From Mobula hypostoma (lineage: Eukaryota): a stretch of 64,000 nt of DNA. A program made the position numbers and the translations under genes. Positions 50,596 through 63,524 of this stretch are shown in pieces. Every line of letters starts with the position of its first letter. The stretch's first letter is position 1. The stretch is from the NCBI RefSeq assembly GCF_963921235.1, contig NC_086097.1, positions 124,188,001 through 124,252,000 of the forward strand. Reading direction: 5' to 3'. The notes under the pieces were generated by a model that was given only the letters and a program-made list of their open reading frames with translations, did not search any database and was not told the DNA's origin.

Positions 50596-52406
50596 CTCCT
50601 GAATCTCTAACATCAGATTATTGTCATTTTTTTTCTTTTCCAAAAAAGCTATTTTCTGTTTCCATTGTGCAGTCAATATTCAATTCCTGCTGAAATTGTC
50701 TCCTTTAAAGTACCATCTTTTACTTCTAGCTAGGTTTCTAATGGCTAATACATGATAATTTGTGCTTTTAGCTTGCTTGATTTCTTGTTATAACATGCAT
50801 TTAGGTGGCTCGTCTTGGCCTGCACTGTAATTCTCCTTTTTCTTATGGATTTTAAAAGATTGAAAACTGACAGCCATTCCTTTACAATGGATGTCAACAA
50901 GGAAAGTATGATCTTGTATTTATACGCAGTTTTTTCATGTGCTCTCAAAGTCTGGGCTACCAATTTAAATTTGCCTTGCACATAGAAAAATTACTTAAAA
51001 TCCTCCACCATATTCATACAGAAATGGATGGCAAGTTAATATAAAGATATTGGTGTGCTGTAGCAGACAGTACAGTTAACTTTACTGCAAAGAATGATCA
51101 ATTAATTTGTTTGGTAGGATTGATGAAAATAAAAGAACTGTATGCTCTTCTAAACACAAAAGAGCCATCTGTAAAGAACAGTTCTTCAGTTTAATACCCT
51201 GTCCACCCCCAATAAGGCTGCATAAATGTACCTTGCAAAACAAAACTGAATCTCAGAGTAACACCACTGAGCCAGGCAGTCACTTCTATCAGGAAAGAGA
51301 ACCCTGAGAAAAAGTTTTGCCAGAACTTCATGGAAAATAAAGTTTATCCTGTAAAATAATATTTGTTTCAAAATACAAAAGAATGTCTCAAACTGATAGA
51401 ACAGTATTGCAATTATACTTAACAGCATTCTGATCCCTTGAGGTCAGAGAACATAACTTTAAAGTTACAGTTACCTCTGATTACTTAAATCACTTAAAGA
51501 AAAATTAATCATTGCCTTTATAAACAGGTAGGCGTGTGTGGTGTACAGAGATAATTTTTTAAAATTGCAGGCTATTTCATGAAAATAGTGCAAAGTAAAA
51601 TTCTTACATTTGCTAAAATCTGTAAACTAAAGACCTAAACCACTTAAAAAGATAAAGAACCCTCAGTTATTTCCAATTTTTGTTAACTTTATAAATAAAA
51701 TTAGTTAGCATATTTATCTTAATAGGAATAGACCATTTGGCTCCTTATGACTTCACCGGCTTTCAAAGTCTACATTTATTATCAAAGTATGCATATGTCA
51801 CCGTGTACTACTTTGAGATACATTTCTTGCAGGCATTCATTGAAAAATAAAGAAATACAATCAAATTTTAAGATACGCACATAAAGAATGGCAATTAACC
51901 AATGCGCAAAAGGAACTGTGCAAATAAATTTTTAAAAATTAAAATATGAGCTGTAAAGTTTCCTTCAAAGTGAATCCGTAAGTTGTAGAATCAGTTCAGA
52001 GTTGTGATGAGTAAAGTTATCTACACTGGTTCAGGAACCTGACGACTATATGGTAACAACTGTTCTTGAACCTGGTGGTATGGGACCCAAGGCTCCAGTA
52101 CCTGCTGCTTGATGGTAGTAGGGAGAAGACAGCATGACCTGGGGTCCTTGATGGTCCATAAGCAGTCGATCTTCTACCTCAACACAATGTTTCTGAGCCA
52201 ATGCCATACCTCTGATTCCATTTACATCTACCTAATGTACTAACCTCTGCCTTGAACGTATTCAGTGAATAAGCATTCAGTCACTGAGGAAAGAATTCCA
52301 AACATTCATCAGCCTGTCCTGAATACCTAACTCCTTATAATGAAGCAACACACATAAAAGTTGCTGGTGAATGCAGCAGGCCAGGCAGCATCTCTAGGAA
52401 GAGGTG

Positions 52407-52444
52407 CAGTCGACGTTTCAGGCCGAGACCCTTCGTCAGGACTA
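52407..52444 (-). ncRNA. Minimal type I hammerhead ribozyme motif (left arm, RNF19A-sense strand)
   Basis: Exact reverse complement of 52475-52512. Confidence 0.62.
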
Positions 52445-52474
52445 ACTGAAGGAAGAGTGAGTAACTCCTTCAGT

Positions 52475-52512
52475 TAGTCCTGACGAAGGGTCTCGGCCTG
52501 AAACGTCGACTG
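52475..52512 (+). ncRNA. Minimal type I hammerhead ribozyme motif (right arm)
   Basis: tagtc CTGACGA agggtctcggcct GAAAC GTC gactg. Confidence 0.62.
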
Positions 52513-54149
52513 CACCTCTTCCTAGAGATGCTGCCTGGCCTGCTGCGTTCACCAGCAACTTTTATGTGTGTTGCTTGAATTTCCAGCATCTGCAGAATTC
52601 CTGTTGTTTCCTTATAATGAAACTAAGAGCCTTAGTTTGAGACGTGACATCAGATGAGATGGACCCCACATTTCTTTTGTCAGACCCTGAAAGACTATTG
52701 TATTATTCAATGAGATCAGCTCCAAAACTTGACAGTAGAGACCAGCCTGCATAGTTGCTCCAGTCCAGGAACCAACAAGCTGACCCAGTGATAGAGGAAG
52801 TGCAGCATTCTTAGGGTGGAGGACCAGATCCATGCAGTTGTAAGATGTGAATGCACCAGAGCAATACACAGCTTGAACATCTCTATTTTTGTACTCAATT
52901 CCTTTTGCAATAAGGGACAACAAACTTATACATCAACTTCTCGTGATTTATAAAACAACAGCCAGGTTTATTGAAACACCTTTCCAACTCCCCCTTTAGA
53001 CAACAAAGACCAGACAGCACTATAAAATCCTATTAAGCCCAGGTGCAAAACATAAATTCTTTCTTCTCTCAAATGACAGTCGAGCACATGCCACAATTCT
53101 AGTTCAAGTTTAAATGTGATTCGGCCTACACATGAATAAAGCCAAATGAAACAATATTCCTCCGAGGCCAAGGTGCACAACACAGTACCAACACCACACA
53201 AAGTTACGATCGCAGAAAAAATCATGCAGTCTAGAAAATATAGCCCTAGTCCCCAAGTGTCATGGCCTGTACATTGGCGCTGTATAGGCTGTTGCCCTGG
53301 AGCTGCGTTTCTGCAAGAACAAGCCTGCAGCAGTTCCTCATCATGCGATAGTGCAGCCACAGATGAATGCAATCTAGATTGTTTGCCATTGAGCAAACAC
53401 TGGAGGCCAGCACTAACAGGAGGGGGCCAGCACCCAACCCAGTGCGGAATCTAACAGTGCCTCTGCTCTCTCCCACATCGCCTCCATTAAAAGTTTACAG
53501 TTAAAAGCGAACTTTGGAATAATACTCAAATTAGTTTATCATTCAATTTTGGAACATTGAATTCCTTTTTGCTTAACAATCTTCAGCACATCCAGTACTA
53601 AATCATATAAGTGTTGTAATGTCTTGTCTGTTCCTTTCACTTCCCTGCAGAACTCCTATGCAATTGAAAACTGAAACTTAGCTCATGCTGCGATTACCAG
53701 GCATTTTATTTACGTAATGCAGTTTCACAATACACAAGAGTCCAGGACAAAGAAGCAGGCAGGAAAAATCATAGCGGACACTATCCACCTAGCAAACTGA
53801 CTTTTCCAAAGCTCCCCCAGAAAGCGCAAAAGGGCTATTAAAACAAAAACTTCATGCCATTTTAAGTTTGTTCTCTCCAGCAGTTAATTTGATCTACCAT
53901 TCTAGTTAGCCAACCCCACCCCCTCTCTCTATTACCTCAGTCACTGCACTGTAAACACTTTAACCAGCTTTTTACAATGCTGTTTACATTGTAAATACAT
54001 GATGGCATGTATTCATGCACATTTTATTCCAAACCTGTACTTTAACTAACTTTACTTTTATGTAATTATTTTACTCTTTATAATTGTTGAAAATTGTTTC
54101 TCATTGCATGTCATGCCAACATACAACAAATTGCTAATACATGTTGATT

Positions 54150-54965
54150 ACCCGTTTCCAAAACTCCAAAATCTGAAAGTTTGTGACTCGAAGTCAGAAA
54201 TGGACAATTCTACACTGCAGTGGGAAGGTTCCCAGTCGAAGCACGGGTGAATCCCTGTGCATCACAGACAGTCTTGATAAGTGACCTCACTTATGCAATG
54301 AACAGAAGTTAATATAAAATAGAAAAACACTGCTTAAAGAAAACAATCAAGATCTCAATCATGTACTGAAAGAGTGAATTCATCAGTGGAGTGAATGTAT
54401 GCCACTTAACTGTATGCTGATGATGAAACAAGCAAAGATCTATCATGACAAACTGAAAATTGAAGGTAACTGAATATTCAGCAGGGTGGTTGCAGAAATT
54501 TAAGAAATGGCACAGCATTAAATTTTTTTTTAATTATAAAGATAAAACATCTGCTGATCAGAGAAATTCATTGATGAGTTTGTGAAGATCGTCACTCATG
54601 AAAATTTAACACCAGAACAACTCTACAATGCTGATTGTATTTATAACCTTACATAAAACCTAAAAGATAACAGTAAAATACAAATACAATGTACTGTAAC
54701 TTTTTTCCCAAAACATGGCATCGTAGGTGGACCCTTTGTTTGTGGTTGTTCAACAGCTGATTCAGGCTTTCTCTCCATGTCGTTGTGCTGTTTTTGTTAC
54801 CCTGCACTTTATATTTTCATTATATTAATGATGTAATGATTTTTACTGTCAAGTACACATGTCTGATGAACAAATGTGAGACAAAGACTGCTTACCCTTA
54901 GCACATAAATTCTGAGTCGGAAATGATGGCGATCCCAAGCTATCTCATCATACATTCCAAAATCT
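54150..54965 (+). mobile_element. Decayed Tigger/pogo-like DNA transposon
   Basis: gaatattcagcagggtggttgcagaaatttaagaaatggcacagcatt = EYSAGWLQKFKKWHSI (CENP-B-type HTH); ccaaaatctg repeats near both ends. Confidence 0.6.
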
Positions 54966-57052
54966 GTTTTGTGTGAGACAGTTCATGTAAAGCATAAACT
55001 CCCACACAGACCGGGCTGAATATCCTATTTATGTGCTGGAAATTCTGTGCATTGATGGACAGTCGTGAGCTAATAACCTTTGCTAATCTGGGTTATTTTT
55101 AAATTAAGAAACCTATTTCAAATTTTCTCTTCTATTTAAGGAGCCATATGTCAAATATACTCAAGATAGCACTTCATATGAATTTTCCCAAAAGACAGAT
55201 CCAGAAAAACATAAGTAACAGAATCCTATTATCAACTATAAGTATCCATTAAGCATATTTTACTATTAACAACCATGATTCAGCCTCTCCTAAGACTCTC
55301 CAACAACCTTCCCTTCCTTTAATTACTTCTTTCCACCCAAATCCTATCAAACTTTTGGACATCTGTCCTAATACTGCTTTATCAGGCTTAGAATGAAATT
55401 TTGTTCAAATGCATTCCTGCAATGAGTTTTTTTTAAACAATGTTAATGATGCTATAAAAATTGTAATTTGAGAAAAATCACAGAACGAAAAGATACGACC
55501 AGACAAAATTGGATGCTAATCCAGAAAAAGGAGATTTGAAGAGTGGATTAAAGGCTTTAAAGCAGTTAGTTATAAGGAGGATGTTTAAAAAAAGAGGCAA
55601 AGGAGAATGAGAAGCTGTGAGGAAGTCCTATTTTAAACCATCAATTAGGTTAAAATTGCCTTTGGCAGTTTTTTTTCTAAAAGGGAAAGGTGTCTCTCAA
55701 ATAGATTTACACAAACTGCACTGACGATCATATTGCATTGCACACAACACTGACGTGATTAGTGGAGGTTAGAGGACACTGGTGACCTTTTTTTTTCTCA
55801 ACAATTTGCACTGCCAGATGGCAATAAGATACAGAAGTGATTAAGATAACTGTTCCTTTTTCAGTCCTTTACCTCTTCCACCTAGCCCCTCCCACCTGCC
55901 TCCTCACTGATCTCACCCATTATCTGCCAGCTTGTGTACTCCTTCCCCCCTCCCCTCCATCCACCTTACTTTCCAGTCTTGATGAAGGAGCTCAGCCCAA
56001 AACGCCAACTGTTTTTCACCTCCATAGATACAGCGTGACTGGCTGATATCCTCCAATATTTTGTGAGCGTTGTTTGTAATATCCAAACTCCATTATGGCC
56101 AACATTTTTTTTTGTTTTTATTTAATTATGTGTATAAGCAAGTTCAAAATTGGCTCAGTGTTAGGAAGAAGTTGAAGGTTGATTGTTGGAATTGAGGCCA
56201 GTGACTAATGGTGTGCCACAGGGTCTGATGTTGGCACCCTCGTTATTTGTTATGTAAGTGATCTGGATGAAAATGCTTGCTTCATCAGTAAGTTTGCAGA
56301 TGACACAAAAGTAGGAGTTGTTATTGATGGGCATGGGTTTAGGATGAAAGGGGAAAAATCTGACCGGCAACTTTTTCCACACAAGGGGTGGTGAAAATAT
56401 GGAGTGAGTCAGCTTACAACTAAAAGTTGACAAAACTAGACTATGACAAAATATTCTTGCTCTTAAATTGAGTGAGCCAAGGGTGACCTAAACCTATGAA
56501 TCAGCATCCCTGAATGCAAATTTTTACAATTTCCTGTGCTGATTTCCCAGAATATCCATTACTGGAATTTGAACACATGGCTTACAAAATGACAAACTTT
56601 TTTTAAAAACTTAGCTTCCTGGAAACTGACTGCCCAAAAGCAGTCTGACAGGATATTGTGTTGGGTTTAAATCAGATTAACTTTGAAAATAATGTACAAG
56701 TCCTTGGATCAGCACCTTATAAACAAACAATTTAATTGCCACACTGACTTCATTTATAAATGCTGATCCTTTGTAAATTAAAGAGAAAGGAAATAAAGTA
56801 AAATTCAAAGCAACATTCTTAACCACCAAGCTCTTGAACCAGAGCGGATAACTTCATTCAACTTCACTGAACTGTTTCCACAACCTATGGATACACTTTC
56901 CAAGACTCTTTGTCTTATGCTTTTGAGATTTATTGCTGATTTGTTTTTTTTCTCTTCTATACTCCCACAGTTGTCTTTTGCACATTGACTGTTTGTCAGC
57001 CCTTTTGGGTGTAGTCTTTCATAGATTCCATGATTCTTGGAGTTACTGAGTA

Positions 57053-57345
57053 TAAGAACATAAAAAATAGGAGCAGGAGTAGGCCATCTGGCCCATCGAG
57101 CCTGCTCCACCATATAAGATTCATCACTGATCTGGCCATGGACTCATCTCCACCTAACTGCCTTTTCCCCATAACTCTTAATTCCTCTACTACGCAAAAA
57201 TCTATCCAACCTTGTCTTAAATATATTTACTGAGGTAGCCTCCACTGCTTTATTGGACAGAAAATTCCACAGATTCACCACTCTGTGAAAAGCAGTTCCT
57301 CTTCATCGGTCCTAAATCTATTCCACCAAATCCTGAGGCCATGTC
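57053..57345 (-). mobile_element. CR1 3' end inserted in an older LINE 3' remnant (about 56800-57422)
   Basis: taagaacataaaaaataggagcaggagtaggccatc...aattccacagattcaccactct. Confidence 0.75.
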
Positions 57346-57422
57346 CTGCAAGAAAACAAATCTCAGGGCTGTATATGGTGACATATATGTACTTTGGTAA
57401 TAAATCTAATTTTGGACTTTGA

Positions 57423-57612
57423 ACAAAATGCTGGAAGAACTCTACAGGTCAGGCATCTACGGAGAGGAATAAACAGTAAATGTTTCGGGCTGAGATTGGG
57501 TTTCAGCCTGAAACATTCACTCTTTATTCCTCTCCATAGATGCTGCCTGACCTGTTGAGTTCCTCCAGCATTTCGTATACGTTGCTCTGGATTTCCAGCA
57601 TCTGCAGACTCT
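57423..57612. mobile_element. Old Penelope-derived palindromic element
   Basis: aaatgctggaagaactc..caggtcaggcatctacggagaggaataaa ... tttattcctctccatagatgctgcctgacctgttgagttcctccagcattt plus tail. Confidence 0.7.
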
Positions 57613-57922
57613 CAAGTCTTTATAAAATAAAATTCAACTGTACAGCAATCCCATCCATTCCCAATCTGAATCAGGTTTAATATCACTCCACATTAATGTT
57701 TTGCAGCAACAGTACATTGCAACACAGTCATAAAACCATAAATTACAATAAGTATATACACCAGATAAAATAAAAGTAGTGCAAATAGAGGAGGAAAAAT
57801 ACTGAGGAAGTGCTCATGGGTTCATTGTCCAATCAGATATCTGATGGCAGAGGGCAAGAAGCTCTTCCTGAAACATTGAGTGTGTGTCTTCAGGTTCCTG
57901 TATATCCTCCTTGATGGTAGCA

Positions 57923-59458
57923 AAGTGGCAAATTAGTGGATAAATCCCCAGGACCTATCAAGGTGCTCCCTCGGGCCCTGTGAGAGGCAAGTGCAGAAAC
58001 CACAGGGGACCTAGCAGAAATATTTTTAAATCATCCTTAGCAACAAATGAGGTACCAGAGGACAGCTAATGTTGTTCCACTGTTAAAGAAAGGCTGTAAA
58101 AATAAACCAGGAAATTACCGGCAGGCGAGCCTGGCATCAGTAGTGGGGAAGTTTCTAACGTATTCTAAGGAACCAGATATACGAATATTTGGACAGACAG
58201 GGACTGAGTAGGGATTGTCAGCATGGCTATGTGCGTGCAAGTCATTGTTAACTAATCTTAGAGATTTTTGAGGAAGTTACCAGAAAAGTTGAAGGCAAGG
58301 CAATGGTTCTTGTTTAAATGGACATTAGCAAAGCACTTGACAAAGTCCCGCATGGGAGGTTAATCAGGAAGGTTCAGTCGCTCAGCATTCACGATGAGGT
58401 GGTAAAGTGGATTTGACATTGGCTTTGTTGGAAAAGCCAAAGAGTGGTAGAAGATGGTTGCTTCTGACTGAAAGCCTGCGACTGCTAGAGTGCCTCAGGA
58501 ATTGGTGCTGCGTCCATTGTTGTTTGTCATCTATACCTATGATCTGGATAATAATGTGGTTACCTTGATCAGCAAATTTCCGGATGACACAAAGACTGGG
58601 GGTGCTGTGGACAGCGAAGACTAACAGAGCTTGCAGTGGGATCTGGACCAGCTGGAAAAATGGGCTGAAAATTGGCAGATTGATGCAGACAAGTTGAGAT
58701 GTTGCACTTCAGTAGGATCAACCAGGGTAGGTCTTACACAGTGAACAGTAGAGCACTGAGGAGTGTGGTACAACAGCGGGATCTAGGAATACAGATCCAT
58801 AATTTGTTGAACCTGGCATTGCAGGTAGATAGGATTATAAAGAAAGCTTTTAGCACATTGGCCTTCATAAATCAAAGTACTGAGTACAGGAGATGGGATG
58901 TTATGTTGAAGTTGTACAAGATATTGGTGGGGCCTAATTTGGAGTATCGTCTGTAGTTTTGGTCACCTACCTACAGGAAAGATGCAAATAAAGTTGAAAG
59001 AGTACAGAGAAAATTTACAAGGATGTTGTCGGAACTGGAGGACTCGAGTTATAAGGAAAAATTAAATAGGTTTGGACTTTATTCCTTGGAATAGAGAAAA
59101 TCGAGGAGTGATTTGATAGAGGTATACAGAATTATGAAGGGTATAGATAGTGGAAAATGCTGCTTACATTTACCCTGAGGTTGAATGCAAAAGGTAATTG
59201 GTTAAGGGTGAAAGGTGAAAAGTTTAAGGGAAACAAGAGGGGAATCTTCTTCACCCAGAGGGTCGTGAGAATGTAGAATGAGTTGCCAGTGCAAGTGGTG
59301 CACATGAGCTCGATTTCAATGTTTAAATTTGGATAGATACATGGATAGTAGGTTTACAGATGGTTATGGGTCGGGTGCAGGTGGACGGAACGAAGCAGTT
59401 TAAATGGTTTGGCACATACCAGATGGGCTGAAGGGCCTGTTTCTGTGCTATGACTATT
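57923..59458 (+). mobile_element. Old CR1 RT fragment with 3' end
   Basis: aaatccccaggacct (KSPGP), gacaaagtcccgcat (DKVPH), gtgcctcaggaa, gatgacacaaag; many stops. Confidence 0.88.
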
Positions 59459-60727
59459 ACTCTAAGAGGGCATGTCCTGGGTGGTAGAGGTCCTTCCTGA
59501 TGGTTGCCACCTTCTTGAGGCATCACCTTTTGAAGATGTCCTCGATGCTGGGGGAGGCTGGTACCCATGATGCAGCTGCTGAGCCTGTGACCTTCTGCAG
59601 GTCTTTCCAATCCTGTGCAGTGGCCCCTCCATACCAGATGGTGATGCAACCAGTTAGAATGCTCCCCATGGTACATCTGTTGAAATCTGCCAGCATCCTT
59701 GGTGATGTACTCCAAATCAAATATAGCCACTGCCCTACTTTTTCCCTCAACTGCACAATATGATGGGACTAGGACAGAAAGTCAGAGATATTGATACCAA
59801 ACTTGAAATTGCTCACCTCTTCCACTTCTGATCCCTCGATGAGGACTAGTGTGTGTGTTCCCTTGACTTCTCCTTCCTGAAGTCCACATTCAGTACCTTG
59901 GTTTTACTGACGATGAGTGCACGGTGTTGCTCCGACCCGACTCAACCTGATCTGTCATTCCTTTTCACCTCCTCGTCTCCATCTGAAATTCTGCCAATAG
60001 TTGTGTCATTGGCAAATTTATAGAGGGTGTGAGCTGCGCTTAGCCACACAATCATGGGTGAAAAGAGAGCAGCGCAGTGCGCTAAGCACACATCCTTGAG
60101 GTACGGCCAGTGTTGACTGTTAGTGAGGAAGAGATGTTATTTCCAGTCAGCAAAGACTATGGTCTCCCAATGAGGAAGTCAAGGATCCAGTTGCAGAGGG
60201 AAGTACAGAACCCAAGTTTTAGAGCTTTTTGATTAGATCTGAGAGCATGATTGTGTTGAACGCTGAGCTGTAGTCAGTAAACAGCAGCCTGACACAAATA
60301 CTCCTATTGTACAGGTGATCCAAGGCCGAGTGTAGAGCCAGTGAGATTACATTTGCTCTATACCTATCGTGGCAATAGGCAAATTGCAGTGGATCCAGGT
60401 TCTTGTTTAGGCAAGAGTTGATTCTGGCCAGGACCAGCCTCTGAAAGCACTTCATCACAGAGGATGAGAGTGCCACTGGGCAATAATTATTGAAGCAGCT
60501 CATCTGCTCTTCTTGGGCACTGTTTATGATTGTTGCCCTTTTGAAGCAGGTTGGAACCTCCGACTACAGCAGTGAGAGATTGAAAATGTCCTTGAACACT
60601 CCCGCCAGTTGGTTGACTCAGGTTTTCAGAGCTCTACCAGGTACACCATCAGGGGTTGACGCTTTGCAAGGGTTCACCCTCTTGAAAGATGTTCTGACAT
60701 TGGTGTCAAAGACAGATCACAAACATT

Positions 60728-61753
60728 GCGGTGACTAGTGGGGTACCGCAAGGCTCAGTGCTGGGACCCCAGTTGTTTACAATATATATTAATGACTTGG
60801 ATGAGGGAATTAAATGCAGCATCTCCAAGTTTGCGGATGACACGAAGCTGGGTGGCAGTGTTAGCAGTGAGGAGGATGCTAAGAGGATGCAGGGTGACTT
60901 GGATAGGTTGGGTGAGTGGGCAAACTCATGGCAGATGCAATTTAATGTGGATAAATGTGAAGTTATCCACTTTGGTGGCAAAAATAGGAAAACAGATTAT
61001 TATCTGAATGGTGGCCGATTAGGAAAAGGGGAGGTGCAACGAGACCTGGGTGTCATTATACACCAGTCATTGAAAGTGGGCATGCAGGTACAGCAGGCGG
61101 TGAAAAAGGCGAACGGTATGCTGGCATTTATAGCGAGAGGATTTGAGTACAGGAGCAGGGAGGTACTACTGCAGTTGTACAAGGCCTTGGTGAGACCACA
61201 CCTGGAGTATTGTGTGCAGTTTTGGTCCCCTAATCTGAGGAAAGACATCTTTTCCATAGAGGGAGTACAAAGAAGGTTCACCAGATTGATTCCTGGGATG
61301 GCAGGTCTTTCATATGAAGAAAGACTGGATGAACTGGGCTTGTACTCGTTGGAATTTAGAAGATTGAGGGGGGATCTGATTGAAACGTATAAGATCCTAA
61401 AGGGATTGGACAGGCTAGATGCAGGAAGATTGTTCCCGATGTTGGGGAGGTCCAGAACGAGGGGTCACAGTTTGAGGATAGAGGGGAAGCCTTTTAGGAC
61501 CGAGATTAGGAAAAACTTCTTCACACAGAGAGTGGTGAATCTGTGGAATTCTCTGCCACAGCAAACTGTTGAGGCCAGTTCATTAGCTATGTTTAAAAGG
61601 AAGTTAGATATGGCTCTTGTGGCTACAGGGATCAGGGGGTATGGAGGGAAGGCTGGGTTCTGAGTTGGATGATCAGCCATGATCATAATAAATGGCGGTG
61701 CAGGCTCGAAGGGCCGAATGGCCTACTCCTGCACCTATTTTCTATGTTTCTAT
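60728..61753 (+). mobile_element. Young 5'-truncated CR1 LINE (same subfamily as 473-2183)
   Basis: 310-aa open frame matches the C-terminal part of the 572-2128 ORF except for 3 residues; tail tttctatgtttctat. Confidence 0.95.
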
Positions 61754-61999
61754 TCGCATAAATGTAGTTTAATTTTCCCTTTCAAAGTATGGATAAAAAG
61801 CATTGAGTTCAACTGCGAGAGAAGCAACACTGCCATTCATGATATTAAGTTTTGCTTTGGAGGAAATAATGGCCTGCAGCAACTGCCAGAGCTGACGTGC
61901 ATAATACATGGCTAAGCTGCAGCTGACAGTTTCAGAACTAGGACCAAGGTGCTTTCTGGGGAGGAGGGAGACAGCTACGACTACACGCATCAATACTCA

Positions 62000-62592
62000 G
62001 TACCTTCTACAGGAGTGCATTGGGGAGATTCCTAACATGCTGCATCACGGAGTGGTATGGGAACTGCACTGCGGCAGCCAGGAGGGCTCTACGACGGATA
62101 GCTAAAACTGTTCAACATGTCACTGATACAAGCCTACCTGCCTTCAAGGACATATATACACAGGCAGGTGCTGGAAAAAAGCCAGCAAGGTCATGAAGGA
62201 CCAATCCCATCCACCCTGCTCTTGCGGACTATTTGTCCCAGTCCCATCAGGGAGGAAGCTACGCAGCATCCACACCAGGACCACCAGACTCAAAAGCAGT
62301 TACTTCCCCCAAGCCAACAGGCTGATCAACATCTCCACTCATCAACCCACCTATCCCACCATGACTATCATTTCCTGTCAGAATCACGTTATGCACAGAT
62401 ACCCCTCTACCTAGAATCACGTTACATACGTACAATCAGACTAAGAACACAAGTTAATCTTATGAATTCGTGTTTCTCATGTGTTCTTTTATGCTTATTG
62501 TGCATTTTGTGTGCTGCATCAGATCCGAAGTAGAAATCATTTTGGTCCCCTTTACACTTGTGTACTGACAAATACAAAGCACAATCTTGAAT
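62000..62592 (+). mobile_element. Rex1/Babar-like LINE 3' fragment
   Basis: KDQSHP...LFVPVPSGRKLRSIHTRTTRLKSSYFPQANRLIN. Confidence 0.75.
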
Positions 62593-63524
62593 GTTACATC
62601 AGTGAATCAAAAGCCCATTGCACCCTCAGAATTTGAGAAGTAGCATTAAATAAGGAAGCTATTTGTTAGATTGTGGAGGGGATACTTCACGTTTCTCAAT
62701 TAGAAGCTGAGTGGTTTCAAGTAGCGCCTAGCCTCCCCATTTGTGCCCACCAGAATGCCACTAAGTACATGAATGACATTCTTTGGGATTGTTTCAAACA
62801 TGAGCCAGTTAATAATTCCTTCAATTCACTGTGCAATCCCCATTTCTAAAAATTCACTGCTGCATTTAGAATACTATGACAATGTTTAAATTCTTTGGGC
62901 TTGGGTTCGATTGGGATTGCATATGATTATGTCAGCTTTAAATTTTATGCCCAAGAAAACCTCTAATGCTATACAGGAGATCAAAAAAGTGATTATGCTA
63001 GCAGCTGAAGGCTTATTATTGAGACTGCAAGTGCGAGGGAGTAAGGGGCTTGCTTTGCTGATATTCTGTTGCGTGTATGTTCTTCAAACATGGTGAGCAT
63101 GCTATGTTAGCACAGGCAATACCTGCAGGTTGCCCCAGCAAACCCTCAGGTTACGTTGGTTGTTAAAACAAACTACACATTTCACTGAATGTTTCCATGT
63201 ACCGCACATGTAATAAATAAATGAATCTGTTCCCTGAATAAAGAACAAAAGATAAAACTGGATTAGATGGTTGCAAGCTCATTTGTCACCCAAAAAACAT
63301 CCATCTACCTAGCAGAGTAAAGCACTGGACTGCCAAACCCCAAATACACACTCCAGACACTTGAAAACAAAGTTCTGGCCAATTCTAGCACAATGGTGAC
63401 ATTCACTACACCAAGTGCTGCCTTCACTGCCTTTTGGATCAGACATTAAATCAAGTCTGATCTGTCCTTTCACACTGTTGACATTATTCTATGGGGCAGT
63501 TTCAAAAATGAACCAGTTAATTTA

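Larger units (their letters stand above)
52345..52609 (+). mobile_element. Young Penelope-derived palindromic non-autonomous retro-element, copy 2
   Basis: 111-bp arms (52343-52453 / 52466-52576) with one mismatch seen; 12-nt loop and 3' tail nearly identical to copy 1; TSD (T)CCTTATAATGAA at 52332-52344 and 52609-52621. Confidence 0.9.
57665..61905 (-). mobile_element. Decayed Rex1/Babar-like LINE in three pieces (57665-57922, 59464-60727, 61754-61905)
   Basis: PVALSSSVMKCFQRLVL...LDPLQFAY...RLLFTDYSSAFNTI; SILTGCITIWYG; ARQLWQLLQAI...ELNAFY. The pieces are colinear across two CR1 insertions. Confidence 0.8.

Noticed and set aside
52968..53476. Overlapping 142/102/76-aa ORFs
   Set aside because: No recognisable domain; they overlap a LINE-like 3' remnant and lack clear splice support.
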